64,000 nucleotides of DNA, from the NCBI GenBank assembly GCA_964419945.1, contig CAYQRU010000004.1, forward strand, positions 2,299-66,298. Direction: 5' to 3'. Source of the stretch: an uncultured Bacteroidales bacterium. GTDB lineage: Bacteria; Bacteroidota; Bacteroidia; Bacteroidales; JAAYJT01. Each line of letters starts with the position of its first letter. The first letter of the stretch is position 1. Both the position numbers and the translations under genes were made by a program. Of the stretch, positions 40,056 to 50,538 are shown in pieces. The notes under the pieces are model-generated. The model was not told where the DNA came from and did no database searches. It saw only the letters and a list, made by a program, of their open reading frames with translations.

Positions 40056-40634
40056 CTAATAGTTTTCAGCCTTGATTTCAAAATACGCCCTTGAGTGGTT
40101 ACAGGCCGGGCAATTGGCAAGTGCTTTTGTGCTTTCATGCTCAAAGCCACATTTACGACATACCCAGGTAACTTTTTCCGTGCGTTCGAATACTTTTCCT
40201 TCTTCAATATTCTTCAGCAGTTTCAGGTATCTTTTTTCATGCTGAATTTCTACTTTGGCAATGGAACGGAAAAGCGTAGCAATCTTTGTGAAGCCTTCTT
40301 CCTGAGCAATTTCTGCAAATTCCGGATAGAGTACTGACCATTCTTCATTCTCACCTTCGGCCGCAGCTTTCAGATTTTCAGCCGTTGTGCCGATACGCCC
40401 TGCAGGGTAAGATGCCGTAATTTCTACCATACCTCCTTCGAGGAATTCAAAGAACCGCTTGGCGTGGATTTCTTCATGCCCGGCAGTTTCCATGAATAGC
40501 GCTGAAATTTGCTCATAACCTTCCTGTTTTGCAGTTTTTGCAAAGAAAGTGTACCGATTCTTAGCTTGCGATTCGCCTGCGAAGGCTTTCAGCAGGTTTT
40601 GTTCAGTCCTGGTTCCTATAACACTTTTTTCCAT
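40056..40634 (-). CDS. rbr: Rubrerythrin
   Basis: AFAGESQA..Y, EEIHA, EGENEE..Y, EIQHE di-iron ligands; C-terminal CRKC..CPAC rubredoxin site. Confidence 0.96.
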   Translation of the reverse strand: MEKSVIGTRTEQNLLKAFAGESQAKNRYTFFAKTAKQEGYEQISALFMETAGHEEIHAKRFFEFLEGGMVEITASYPAGRIGTTAENLKAAAEGENEEWSVLYPEFAEIAQEEGFTKIATLFRSIAKVEIQHEKRYLKLLKNIEEGKVFERTEKVTWVCRKCGFEHESTKALANCPACNHSRAYFEIKAENY

Positions 40635-40729
40635 AAGAGTTTTATTAATAAGATTGTTGAATGATTTGATTTTTTAATATGCAGATACGAATGATGTTCA
40701 TAGCTTTCTTCATGAGAGTATGTGGTTGA

Positions 40730-42250
40730 TCATCCGGGATAATAAATTCCAGCACCAGGCCCCAGTGGTAGGTTTAGTAAAGTCCAGGCTATCAGCAATA
40801 ATGACCACCCAATGGTAAGAATAATGGTATATGGCAGCATAGTTGAAATCATGGTGCCGATTCCTACTTTGGGTTCGTATTTTTCAAAATAAACAATTAT
40901 CAGTGCAAAGAAACTCATCATCGGAGAAATGATATTGGTAACGCTGTCGCCAATCCTGAACACTGCCTGGGAAAGTTCCGGTGAATAACCAAGCAACATG
41001 AACATGGGGATAAAGACTGGTCCAAGGATTGCCCATTTCGCTGAGGCGCTTCCCATAAATAGATTAATAAACCCTGACAACAGGATAAAAAGCAAAAGCA
41101 AGGGTACCATACCAATATCAATTTTTTGCAGAAATGCCGCTCCTTCTATGGCAATGATCAGTCCCAGGTTACTCCAACGGAAATAAGCTACAAATTGTGC
41201 GGCGAAAAAAACAAGTACCAAAAATGCTGCAAGTGTTTTGAAGCTGCTTACCATTCCTTTAACTACATCGGAATCGCTTTTATAGGTGCGGGTAACAAAT
41301 CCGTATACGATACCCATACTTGCGGCCATGAGGAATAAAAATGAGATAAATCCATCCAGCAGGGGTGAATGAAGGATTGAATTGTTGGGTCCTCTCAAGA
41401 TTCCATTTTCTGGTATTAATCCAACAAGAATGATAACAAACCATATCAGGATGGTTAGCAAAACATAGCGTAATCCTTTTTTTTCAATGGCAGTAAGTTT
41501 TTCTAGAGGTTCTACGGCAACATTTCCTTTATAGGTTCCCAAACGCGGTTCAATAAATTTATTGGTTGTCCAGGTGCAGATAAATGATATCAGTATAGCT
41601 GATGATGCCATAAAATAGTAATTTGCAGTAGGCATCACATAATAGTCCGGATCAATGATATGTGCTGCTTCAGTAGATAAGCCTGCCAGCAGCGGATCAA
41701 TAGTTCCGATAAAAAGATTAGCACTGAAACCTCCGGAGACGCCTGCAAACGCAGCCGCCATACCGGCAATTGGATGTCGCCCCACAGAATGGAAAATGAT
41801 CCCGCTCAGAGGAATTATGAGCACATATCCGAGATCAGAAGCAGTATTGCTGAGGATACCTGCCAGTACAATAACAAAAGTGAGAAGATGACCCGGGGAC
41901 TTTTGAACCAATAACCTTATAGCTGCACTGATTAACCCGCTGCCTTCGGCAATTCCTATTCCCAGTAGAGCCACCATAACAATACCAAGTGGAGCAAAAC
42001 TGGTATAATTCTTCACCATGTTCAAAACGATCATGTGAAATCCTTCTTTCGAAACCAGGTTGATTACGCTTATACGTTCGCCTGTTGCAGGATGAATATC
42101 TGACCAGTTGAGCCAATGCCCGATCAGGGAAAAGAGCAACGTCAACAATGCCAATATGCCAAACAAACTTGCAGGATGAGGCAGAGCGTTTCCGCCTTTT
42201 TCAATCATGTTCAGAAAACGGTTCATCAGCGAAATGCGTTGCTTTGTCAT
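40730..42250 (-). CDS. AbgT-family transporter
   Basis: EKGGNALPHP, GRHPIAG..AAFAGVSGGFSAN, SASAKWA, RIGDSVTNIISPM. Confidence 0.93.
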   Translation of the reverse strand: MTKQRISLMNRFLNMIEKGGNALPHPASLFGILALLTLLFSLIGHWLNWSDIHPATGERISVINLVSKEGFHMIVLNMVKNYTSFAPLGIVMVALLGIGIAEGSGLISAAIRLLVQKSPGHLLTFVIVLAGILSNTASDLGYVLIIPLSGIIFHSVGRHPIAGMAAAFAGVSGGFSANLFIGTIDPLLAGLSTEAAHIIDPDYYVMPTANYYFMASSAILISFICTWTTNKFIEPRLGTYKGNVAVEPLEKLTAIEKKGLRYVLLTILIWFVIILVGLIPENGILRGPNNSILHSPLLDGFISFLFLMAASMGIVYGFVTRTYKSDSDVVKGMVSSFKTLAAFLVLVFFAAQFVAYFRWSNLGLIIAIEGAAFLQKIDIGMVPLLLLFILLSGFINLFMGSASAKWAILGPVFIPMFMLLGYSPELSQAVFRIGDSVTNIISPMMSFFALIIVYFEKYEPKVGIGTMISTMLPYTIILTIGWSLLLIAWTLLNLPLGPGAGIYYPG

Positions 42251-42716
42251 GTGGTCATGGTTAAAGAATGACTAAATCAGGCATCAAAAATATAAAATTT
42301 AGCATATGTGAGCATACTACACTGTAAAACACTCAAAAGTAACATGGTTGCTTCTATAGGGGACCAGGGGTTTTCGATATGGATTTCATCTTATTTTTTT
42401 CCGTCGTCTAAAAACGGGCGGATTTTATTACTTCTTTTTTTTAACTGTCTTGTTTTTGACACTTGTCATGATTGAGGCGGCTATATGATATATAGTCTGG
42501 CTGGAAAGCCTGCTGAGTTTGAACAGTGATTCCACTCCGAAAAGTACTGGTACTATATTTGACCAAAAAGATACCGTAGTATAGTTTTCACATGGTTGTT
42601 AATCAGTCGTTTAAACTAAGTGACTTCAATGTGAACAATGTGTTGATGGGATTCAGAGTGCTTTTTGGAGCGGAATAAACAGATATTGAAAAAAGTAGTG
42701 ATCCGGTCCAGTTTTT

Positions 42717-44675
42717 CTACTCTGCTGTTAACTCGTTGTCAATGAGTCTTTTATTGTACTGCTGGATAAAACCTTTGAGCAGGTTTTCCATCCTGATCTG
42801 GTAATTAACGGGCGGATTGAGCTTATCGTTGGTAAGCAGGGGATCGGACTTAAAATTATAGGCTTTGGTCATTTTTTGTCCATCGAAGTAAATTAAGTAA
42901 TCATCCATGGTCATCAGGTAGTGCGAATTGAAATAATGCAGGGTGTAACTGGTTGTTTCAGGATCAAAAACATTCCTGCCAAAGGCTACGAAAGGTTTAT
43001 CAAAATTCAGATAGCCAAGAACGGAAGGAAGAATATCAATTTGTTGGGCTGCATCTTCCCGGATGCCCTTCAGTCTGCCATCAGGAATGTGAAAAAACAG
43101 AGGAACTGCAAATGCGCCCAGATTGGTCTGATATTCAGGAATAAATGTCCGATTAGGATGATCGGCTGTGAAAATGAATATTGTATTTTCAAACCAATCC
43201 ATTTTGCTGATAGTTTCAAAATACTTTCTGAGTGCATTATCAGTGTAGCCTGCGCATTCATGCATGGGGTGGATACCCTTGGGGAAAACATCCTTGTACT
43301 GTTCGGGTAAATTATAAGGATGATGAGAGGTGGTAGTAAAGATAGCAGTGCAGAATGGTTGCGGAAATTCATTGGTTTTGTTAGCCCAGAACTGCAAAAA
43401 TTCTTCATCCCAGATTCCCCAGTAACCGTCAAAATCGCTGTTGTTTCCATACTCACTCATGCCATAATATTCCCGGAAACCTGCTATTTTGGTAAAGGCC
43501 AGTAAACCCATCGATCCATTTGGCGCTCCGTGGAAGAATGATGTATGATATCCTTTTTGTTGCAACAACGAGCCGATGCTGTTGATTTTATTGGATGTAT
43601 ATTTCGTAAGCACATAGGGTTCAACCATCATGGGGACAGAAGCGAGCACCGATGGCAGAACATCAATAGATTTGCGGCCGTTCGAAAATGAATGTCTGAA
43701 CATCAGGCTGTTGTCAATGATAGAGTCAAGAAAGGGAGTGTAACCGGTATAGTTCCCTTTTTCAATCAGGTGCTGATTGTACCTGCTGATATACTCGCGT
43801 CCCATACTTTCAATGATGATGATAACAACATTCATAGGTTTGAATTCTTCATCATTTTTTGGAACATGAACCGGGTTAAAAGCTTGTTGAAGTTGTTCCT
43901 GGCTCATAAAGTAATCCTTATATTCAAGTGTTTTTTTACCGATTGTCCGGTAAATAGCAAACGGAGTATTAAGTACAATGGCGATTTCGTTCGGATTCTC
44001 AACAAACTGGCCTGCATTGCTCAGGGTGATAGGCCTTGTACTATGCCGGAACCCTCCACGCAGTCCTGCCACTATGAATACGCTGAAAAACGAAAGGATT
44101 ATCAATCCGGTAGCGAAAAACAACAGATGTTCACGAAATGAATGTGGACGGACATAATTGACCGGTTTCCTGTAAGCCCAGGTAAGAAAAATGATTAACA
44201 CAATGAAAATGAGCAGCAGATACCAATATTCAGTAAAAAATTGTATTGAGAGGCTCATAATATTCCCTTCGTTGCTGAACTCGCTGAATATGCTTGCTGT
44301 TGTGCGCCTGAATGAAAATTTGTAGTAAGCGATATCAGCACTGTTAGCAACCAGGGCAATACCGTTGGTCACCAGGAATAATATTTTAAATACCGACTGA
44401 TATGTCTTGTTATATCTGAAAGAGAAGGGCAGAAGAGTTGCCAGGATATACAGCAGGTTGGTATAAAGAATCGCTGAGGTATCGAAATAAAGCCCTCCAA
44501 GCATCATGTGCATCATTTCCGGAAAGGTAACTCCGGGGAACAATGAAATGTTAAATATGTAAAATGCTATTCGTGTCAGACTGAACGTCAGGTAGATCAG
44601 AAAAAGGTTGTAGATCAGTACTAAATAAGTATTCCTAAGTTTTAGGGAAGAAAAATATCTTAACAGGAAATGCAT
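42717..44675 (-). CDS. LTA-synthase (LtaS)-family / sulfatase-like membrane phosphotransferase
   Basis: About 5 N-terminal TM helices, NVVIIIIESM, TPFLDS, TTTSHHPY, IFIFTADH, QQIDILPS. Confidence 0.88.
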   Translation of the reverse strand: MHFLLRYFSSLKLRNTYLVLIYNLFLIYLTFSLTRIAFYIFNISLFPGVTFPEMMHMMLGGLYFDTSAILYTNLLYILATLLPFSFRYNKTYQSVFKILFLVTNGIALVANSADIAYYKFSFRRTTASIFSEFSNEGNIMSLSIQFFTEYWYLLLIFIVLIIFLTWAYRKPVNYVRPHSFREHLLFFATGLIILSFFSVFIVAGLRGGFRHSTRPITLSNAGQFVENPNEIAIVLNTPFAIYRTIGKKTLEYKDYFMSQEQLQQAFNPVHVPKNDEEFKPMNVVIIIIESMGREYISRYNQHLIEKGNYTGYTPFLDSIIDNSLMFRHSFSNGRKSIDVLPSVLASVPMMVEPYVLTKYTSNKINSIGSLLQQKGYHTSFFHGAPNGSMGLLAFTKIAGFREYYGMSEYGNNSDFDGYWGIWDEEFLQFWANKTNEFPQPFCTAIFTTTSHHPYNLPEQYKDVFPKGIHPMHECAGYTDNALRKYFETISKMDWFENTIFIFTADHPNRTFIPEYQTNLGAFAVPLFFHIPDGRLKGIREDAAQQIDILPSVLGYLNFDKPFVAFGRNVFDPETTSYTLHYFNSHYLMTMDDYLIYFDGQKMTKAYNFKSDPLLTNDKLNPPVNYQIRMENLLKGFIQQYNKRLIDNELTAE

Positions 44676-44797
44676 ATTTTTTTGGTGGCAAAATTAGCGT
44701 ATTTCCTTTAAAGCAATGGTATTGGAGACACATCAGTTAATTATGATATAACTTTGCATTTTTAACTATTCGAATAATTTTCCTGATCGGATCCACG

Positions 44798-45682
44798 ATG
44801 TCTAAGCAAAAGATACTTTTCATTATCAATCCTTCCTCAGGAAGTAGTTTCACGCGTAAACATTTATTGGGGAAAAACATTTTGGAATATTTGGATAACA
44901 ATGTTTACTTACCTGAAGTATATTACTCAACAAGCCCTCAGAATGTGGAGGAGGCCTGCCTGAAGGCAGTAGCTTCCGGTGTTGAAACCATAGTGGCGGC
45001 AGGAGGAGACGGTTCAGTAAACCTGGTCGCACGCACTCTTACGGGAACCGGTACAGTGCTAGGCATTATTCCTGCAGGTTCGGGAAACGGACTGGCACAT
45101 CATTTAAAAATACCTTTAAACATCAGGGAAGCAGTCAATATCATCAACAGACGTAAGACCGCCATCATTGATTCAGTTTTTGTAAACGATAAAAGTTTTT
45201 TTAGTATTGCCGGAGTAGGATTCGATGCTTTGGTGGCCAGGGAATATAGCAGGTCGAAATTACGGGGATTTTTACCCTACTTTAAAATTGTAGCTTCCCG
45301 GTATCCTTTTTATAAACCAAAAAATTATGAATTGAACATTGATGGAACCAGGATTGAACGGAGGGCTTTGTTTGTCGTTTTTGCCAATTCCGGGCAATTT
45401 GGCTACAATACCATGATAGCGCCCAATGCGCAACTCAGTGATGGCCTGATGGATGTTTGTATAGCCCGAAAAGTACCGCTGATCAGGGTCCCATTTCTGG
45501 TGCATCATTTGTTTAACGGAACAATTGACCATTCCGAATATATTGAGATTTTCAAAGCCCGCCATGTTGAAGTGAAAAGGAAAAGGAACAGGCGAATAAA
45601 CCTGGATGGTGAATCCGTCAAGCTGACTAAAAACCTGGTAGTTAAAGTGAATCCGGGTTCTTTGAGAGTGATTATTCCATAA
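44798..45682 (+). CDS. Diacylglycerol/lipid kinase (DgkB/YegS family)
   Basis: IINPSSG, AAGGDGSV, GIIPAGSGNGLAH, AGVGFDA, NSGQFG, NLDGE. Confidence 0.92.
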   Translation: MSKQKILFIINPSSGSSFTRKHLLGKNILEYLDNNVYLPEVYYSTSPQNVEEACLKAVASGVETIVAAGGDGSVNLVARTLTGTGTVLGIIPAGSGNGLAHHLKIPLNIREAVNIINRRKTAIIDSVFVNDKSFFSIAGVGFDALVAREYSRSKLRGFLPYFKIVASRYPFYKPKNYELNIDGTRIERRALFVVFANSGQFGYNTMIAPNAQLSDGLMDVCIARKVPLIRVPFLVHHLFNGTIDHSEYIEIFKARHVEVKRKRNRRINLDGESVKLTKNLVVKVNPGSLRVIIP

Positions 45683-46070
45683 TTTGTATAGGTTCATTCT
45701 TTTTTTTGTCATCCAGATAAATCATCCGGGTGTAAGCTGTTGTCAGATCAGAACAGAAATTAATTCTCACCACTTTGCTTGGTTACTTGATCTCCGGTTT
45801 TATCCCCAACTGCCAAACCACCATTTCGGAATATGGTCGTCAAAACGCTCTTCACTGATTGTATAAGCTGAAATGTTGGAACCACTAATTCCTGCTACCG
45901 GATCATATTCATACGTGTAGTCGTAGAGGACAGGGCTGGCAAAGAACTATATTTTCTCTGTAATGACGGTACTGAATATCATCCTGAATTCGCTGATCAA
46001 TCCCGTAGAAAATAAGGATTAACGGATTGCCTGAATGCAATTCTTTGTCTGATTTGCCTGTAATATTTGA

Positions 46071-47084
46071 CTATTGGCTTGACTCCCGTATTTTTATTGT
46101 GCATTCAAATATCCTTGTGCGTGGGTGAATTTCTTTATCAGGATTTTCAATACGCTGGATCAGCAATTGAACGCTTTCCTTGCCAATTTCATAGCCTTTT
46201 TGTTCAATGGTTGTCAGGGTTGGGCTGACAATCGAAGCGATCGGATCATCTCCAAAACCGGCGATGGCTATACGTTGAGGCACCTGAATACCATTCGACC
46301 GGAGTAATTGCAGGGCTGCAATTGCGGTGAAATCATTCACGGCAAAAATAGCATCAATTCTGTTTGACAGCCGGAGTATATCGTCCTGCAATTTCAATAC
46401 CTGATATGCTGTGTCGCAAGGTAATATCAAATGTTCGTTAAATTCGATTCCATGTTCATGAAGTGCCTGGCGGTAGCCTCTGAGACGTTCTTTGCCAACC
46501 AACATATGCGATGGTGCAGCCAGGTGCAAAATCCGGTGACGCTTTTGATTGATCAGGTGGGAAACCAATGCCCTTGATCCTTCATAATCATTTGCAACCA
46601 CCCGGTCGGTGGCCAGCTCTTCGCAAATGCGATCGAAAAATACAATTGGAACACCCTGTTCAATAACTTTTTTAAAATGACTTGTATCAAATGTGTTCTT
46701 ACCCATTGATACAAGAATTCCATCTACACGGTGATCAAGCAGTGCCATGAGGTTGATGGCTTCGCGTTCCTCGTTTTCATTTGATTGGCAGATCATAACA
46801 CGGTAACCACCTGCATAGGCGAGTTCCTCGATTCCGCTGATCACTGAAGAAAAAAAATGGTGGGCAATTTCGGGAATAATAAGTCCAATAGTCCTGGATG
46901 ATTTCTGTCTTAATCCCGAAGCAAGTATATTTGGCCTGTAATTTACCTCCTTTGCATATTTCTGTATTATTTGTCGTGTTTCAAGGCTGATGTCCGGATG
47001 GTTTTTCAATGCACGCGAAACTGTTGAAGCCGATACTCCCAATGCTTTCGCCATATCATTGATGGAAACCAGGTGCGATTTCAT
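46071..47084 (-). CDS. LacI-family regulator (MalR-like) of the starch locus (start taken at ATG 47084)
   Basis: SINDMAKALGVSASTVSRAL HTH, YRPNILASGLR, FAVNDFTA, LTTIEQ. Confidence 0.93.
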   Translation of the reverse strand: MKSHLVSINDMAKALGVSASTVSRALKNHPDISLETRQIIQKYAKEVNYRPNILASGLRQKSSRTIGLIIPEIAHHFFSSVISGIEELAYAGGYRVMICQSNENEEREAINLMALLDHRVDGILVSMGKNTFDTSHFKKVIEQGVPIVFFDRICEELATDRVVANDYEGSRALVSHLINQKRHRILHLAAPSHMLVGKERLRGYRQALHEHGIEFNEHLILPCDTAYQVLKLQDDILRLSNRIDAIFAVNDFTAIAALQLLRSNGIQVPQRIAIAGFGDDPIASIVSPTLTTIEQKGYEIGKESVQLLIQRIENPDKEIHPRTRIFECTIKIRESSQ

Positions 47085-47171
47085 ATCATCTGTTTGTACT
47101 GCTTCGTAACTTTTCTTTAAATGCCAAAAGTAATTAAAAATCAATTCAGGTAATCAATAAAAAAATTGAAT

Positions 47172-47185
47172 TGCAAACGATTGCG
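47172..47185. promoter_or_regulatory. LacI-type operator candidate
   Basis: TGCAAACGATTGCG fits TGnAAnCGnTTnCA at all but the last base; lies between the divergent lacI and susC. Confidence 0.65.
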
Positions 47186-47226
47186 GGCATTTTAACAATG
47201 GAAATAAAAAAATCTGGTATATTATA

Positions 47227-47257
47227 TTTGGGATTTACTGAAGATTAGCTAATTTTG
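47227..47257 (+). promoter_or_regulatory. Primary-sigma promoter for the susC operon
   Basis: TTTG-N19-TAATTTTG. Confidence 0.65.
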
Positions 47258-47372
47258 CGACCTTTAGAAAAAAAGTTGGTTTTAGTTAATGAAACTATCT
47301 GATTGTTAGATCACTGTTTACAGAATTCAGGTGTCCATAAATGGTTTTTTTATGTTTAACCAATAAACTCAA

Positions 47373-47450
47373 ATGATTATGATGTATCAAAGGCGTTATT
47401 TCAAAAAATCGAAGAAGTTTAAAAGCCGCGACACACCCGGTTCTCCGTGA
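47373..47450 (+). CDS. Candidate 25-aa leader peptide (uORF) in the susC leader
   Basis: MIMMYQRRYFKKSKKFKSRDTPGSP; preceded by an A-rich Bacteroidota-type initiation region (TTTAACCAATAAACTCAA). Confidence 0.35.
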   Translation: MIMMYQRRYFKKSKKFKSRDTPGSP

Positions 47451-47565
47451 AATAAGCACACACCGGAACCGACAAGGGGCCTGCCCCGTAAAAACATTTC
47501 GATCCGGATTTCTACAATTTATACTATTTGTTTAATAATCAATTAATTCTAACCAAAATCAGAAT

Positions 47566-50523
47566 ATGAAGAAGCATTTAATAATTTTGCGACCTCTGTT
47601 TCTCCTTCTGCCGTTTTTGTTTGTCTTTCACGCCTATGGACAGGAAGTAACGGTTACAGGGAAAGTTACAGATGCCAGCGACGGAAGTATCATGCCTTTT
47701 GTTACCGTTGCTGTACTTAACACTTCTATCGGAACCGTAACTGACATGAATGGATTTTATTCCATTAAAGTTAATAGAGGTTCTGTATTATCTTTTTCTT
47801 TTATCGGATATTATACCCAGGAGGTTCTTATCCAGGATCAGACAAATATTGACATTGCACTTGTTTCAAGCACAACCGCACTTGATGAAATTGTCGTTAT
47901 CGGTTACGGTGTTGTTAAGAAGAGTGATGCAACGGGTTCAATTTCAACAGTCAGTTCAAAGGATTTCAATCGCGGTGCAATTACAACCCCACAGGAACTT
48001 TTAATGGGTAAAACTGCGGGTGTTGTTATCACCTCGTCGGGTGGAGCACCCGGAAGCGGATCAACCATCCGGATTCGTGGCGGTTCCTCGCTGAATGCAT
48101 CCAACGATCCGTTGATCATTATCGATGGTGTTCCTATTGACAACAAGAATGTGGCAGGAAGTTCGAACCTGCTTTCGATGATCAATCCTAATGATATTGA
48201 ATCATTTACTGTTCTCAAAGATGCATCAGCCACGGCTATATACGGATCAAGGGCATCGAATGGAGTGATCATCATAACCACCAAAAAAGCTGCTGCCGAC
48301 GCACCTCTTACCTTGAGCTACAATGGAAGTGCCGCATTATCATCAGCCGTTGAATTCTTGGACGTTTATTCCGGCGACCAGATGCGTGAAATTGCTTTCC
48401 AGAAAAGAGAACTTTTCGGAGCTGATAGTTATTTGAAACTTGGTTCAGAAAATACAAATTGGCAAAAAGAGATTTTCAGAACTGCCATGACACAGGATCA
48501 TAACATTGGAGTAAACGGAGCATTTAAGAGTGTACCTTACAGGGTTTCACTGGGATACACCGACCAGGAAGGAATCCTTGAAAATACCGATATGCAAAGA
48601 TTTACAGGTGCAATCAATCTTAATCCTGCATTTTTGAATAATACATTGAGAGTCAATGTGAATGCAAAAGGAATGAACACAAAGCATAACTTTGGGGATG
48701 ATGGTGCAGTTGGATCTGCTGTGAGGATGAGTCCAACCCGGCCGGTTTTTGATGGTAATCCAGCATCCTCCGGATATTTCCAATGGCAGAATTATGACGC
48801 CAATCTTGGGACCCCTAATCCTGTTCAACAGGCCATGGCTGTGGACAATACATCTACCGTGAACCGTTTCCTTGGTAATATCCAATTCGATTATCAATTG
48901 CCTTTCTTAACCGGTATGCGTGCAAATCTGAATATGGCTACAGACATTGCCAACAGTGATGGTATCAACAACCGCCCTGTTACCACACCATCAGTTCTCA
49001 CCAGTCCTTTGTGGGGAAGACGTTCTGATTACAGTGCAAAAAATACCAATAACCTACTGGATTTTTATCTGAATTATGTGAAAGACCTTTCCTCTGTCAA
49101 CAGCAGGATTGATGCAACAGCCGGATACTCCTGGCAGTATTTCAAGGTAGAAGGTGACAGATATACACGTGGATGGACTGCACAGGGACATCCCTATCAG
49201 AAAACAGACAGTGTTGAATATATTGATGAACTTTACCTGGTTTCATTCTTTGGTCGTTTAAATTATGTGTTTGCCGATAAATACATGCTCACACTTACCT
49301 TGCGCAACGATGGATCATCGCGATTCTCAGAGGACAACCGTTGGGGGCTTTTTCCTGCAGCAGCTTTAGCCTGGAGGATTAATGAAGAATCATTTATGAA
49401 GAATTTTACCAACCTTTCTGACCTTAAACTGCGATTGGGATGGGGGGTTACCGGACAGCAGGATGTTGGCTCCTATTATCCTTACATGGCTACGTATCAA
49501 ACATCAGTTGAAGGATATTACTACATCATTGATGGAGACACAATCCCAACCCTCAGACCGAAGGCATATGATCCGGATATTAAGTGGGAAGAAACTACTA
49601 CACAAAATATCGGGCTGGATTTTGGATTTTATAACAACCGTATTTCGGGTTCTATTGACCTGTATAAACGTGTAACCGATGATTTGCTTAATGAAGTGAC
49701 CATTCCCACCGGAAGTAATTTCTCTAACCGGCTCCTTACAAATGTGGGAAGCCTTGAAAACAAGGGTGTGGAACTTTCTCTGAATCTGATTCCTGTGTCA
49801 CAGCAGGACATGTCGCTCAATCTGGGATTCAACCTTACTTACAACGAAAATAAGATCACGAAACTTCTTTTATCCGACGATCCCGACTATCCCGGTATTC
49901 TCTACGGCGATGCATTTACCGGCCAGAACCAGGTAACAAGGGTAGGATATCCTGCCTACTCATTTTTCGTAAACAGACAGGTATATGATGTCAATGGAAA
50001 TCCCATCGAAGGTTTGTACGTTGATTTGAGTGGAGATGGTGGTACAGTCGGTGGCGACAATGCCGATAAATACATCTATAAAAAACCCTCACCCGATTAC
50101 CTGATTGGTTTTTCTTTCCGCTTCAACTACAAAAATTTTGATATTGCAGCTTCTACCCGTGCAAGCATTGGTAACTATGTATACAATGCTGTTGCTTCTG
50201 GCTCATCATACGATCAGATGTACCAGATCGGCTACTGGCGCAATATGCCAACATCTCTGGGTGAAACCAACTTTGTGAAAAGGCAGTTTACCAGCGATTA
50301 TTTCGTGGAAAATGGTTCGTTTTTTAAGGTTGACAATCTGAGCCTCGGCTATAACTTTGACAACATCTATAAAAAGATGAATGCCCGTGTGAGTTTCACC
50401 ATCCAAAATATGTTGACCATCACCAAATATAGTGGCCTTGATCCTGAAGTCAGCAGTGGAATTGATAATAACTTTTATCCCCGGCCCCGTACTTTCATGT
50501 TAGGTGTAAGCCTTAATTATTAA
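47566..50523 (+). CDS. susC: SusC/RagA-family TonB-dependent transporter
   Basis: LDEIVVIGYG, DPLIIIDGVP, LKDASATAIYGSRASNGVIIITTK, C-terminal YPRPRTFMLGVSLNY. Confidence 0.97.
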   Translation: MKKHLIILRPLFLLLPFLFVFHAYGQEVTVTGKVTDASDGSIMPFVTVAVLNTSIGTVTDMNGFYSIKVNRGSVLSFSFIGYYTQEVLIQDQTNIDIALVSSTTALDEIVVIGYGVVKKSDATGSISTVSSKDFNRGAITTPQELLMGKTAGVVITSSGGAPGSGSTIRIRGGSSLNASNDPLIIIDGVPIDNKNVAGSSNLLSMINPNDIESFTVLKDASATAIYGSRASNGVIIITTKKAAADAPLTLSYNGSAALSSAVEFLDVYSGDQMREIAFQKRELFGADSYLKLGSENTNWQKEIFRTAMTQDHNIGVNGAFKSVPYRVSLGYTDQEGILENTDMQRFTGAINLNPAFLNNTLRVNVNAKGMNTKHNFGDDGAVGSAVRMSPTRPVFDGNPASSGYFQWQNYDANLGTPNPVQQAMAVDNTSTVNRFLGNIQFDYQLPFLTGMRANLNMATDIANSDGINNRPVTTPSVLTSPLWGRRSDYSAKNTNNLLDFYLNYVKDLSSVNSRIDATAGYSWQYFKVEGDRYTRGWTAQGHPYQKTDSVEYIDELYLVSFFGRLNYVFADKYMLTLTLRNDGSSRFSEDNRWGLFPAAALAWRINEESFMKNFTNLSDLKLRLGWGVTGQQDVGSYYPYMATYQTSVEGYYYIIDGDTIPTLRPKAYDPDIKWEETTTQNIGLDFGFYNNRISGSIDLYKRVTDDLLNEVTIPTGSNFSNRLLTNVGSLENKGVELSLNLIPVSQQDMSLNLGFNLTYNENKITKLLLSDDPDYPGILYGDAFTGQNQVTRVGYPAYSFFVNRQVYDVNGNPIEGLYVDLSGDGGTVGGDNADKYIYKKPSPDYLIGFSFRFNYKNFDIAASTRASIGNYVYNAVASGSSYDQMYQIGYWRNMPTSLGETNFVKRQFTSDYFVENGSFFKVDNLSLGYNFDNIYKKMNARVSFTIQNMLTITKYSGLDPEVSSGIDNNFYPRPRTFMLGVSLNY

Positions 50524-50538
50524 TCTTTAAAACACATC

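Noticed and set aside
38616-40634. Flavodoxin and rubrerythrin as a co-regulated oxidative-stress operon
   Set aside because: They are separated by an opposite-strand gene, no PerR or Fur box was found by eye, and both genes are ordinary in anaerobic Bacteroidales.
42251-42716. 465-bp intergenic region upstream of abgT, checked for a riboswitch or small ORF
   Set aside because: I recognised no aptamer core, and the longest minus-strand open frame has no start codon near its 5' end.
45800-45982. Minus-strand frame with an internal TAG (…EKI*FFASPVLYDYTYEYD…KWWFGSWG), possible pseudogene or readthrough
   Set aside because: It is short, resembles no family I recognise, and has no initiation context or pyrrolysine machinery nearby, so I cannot support it.
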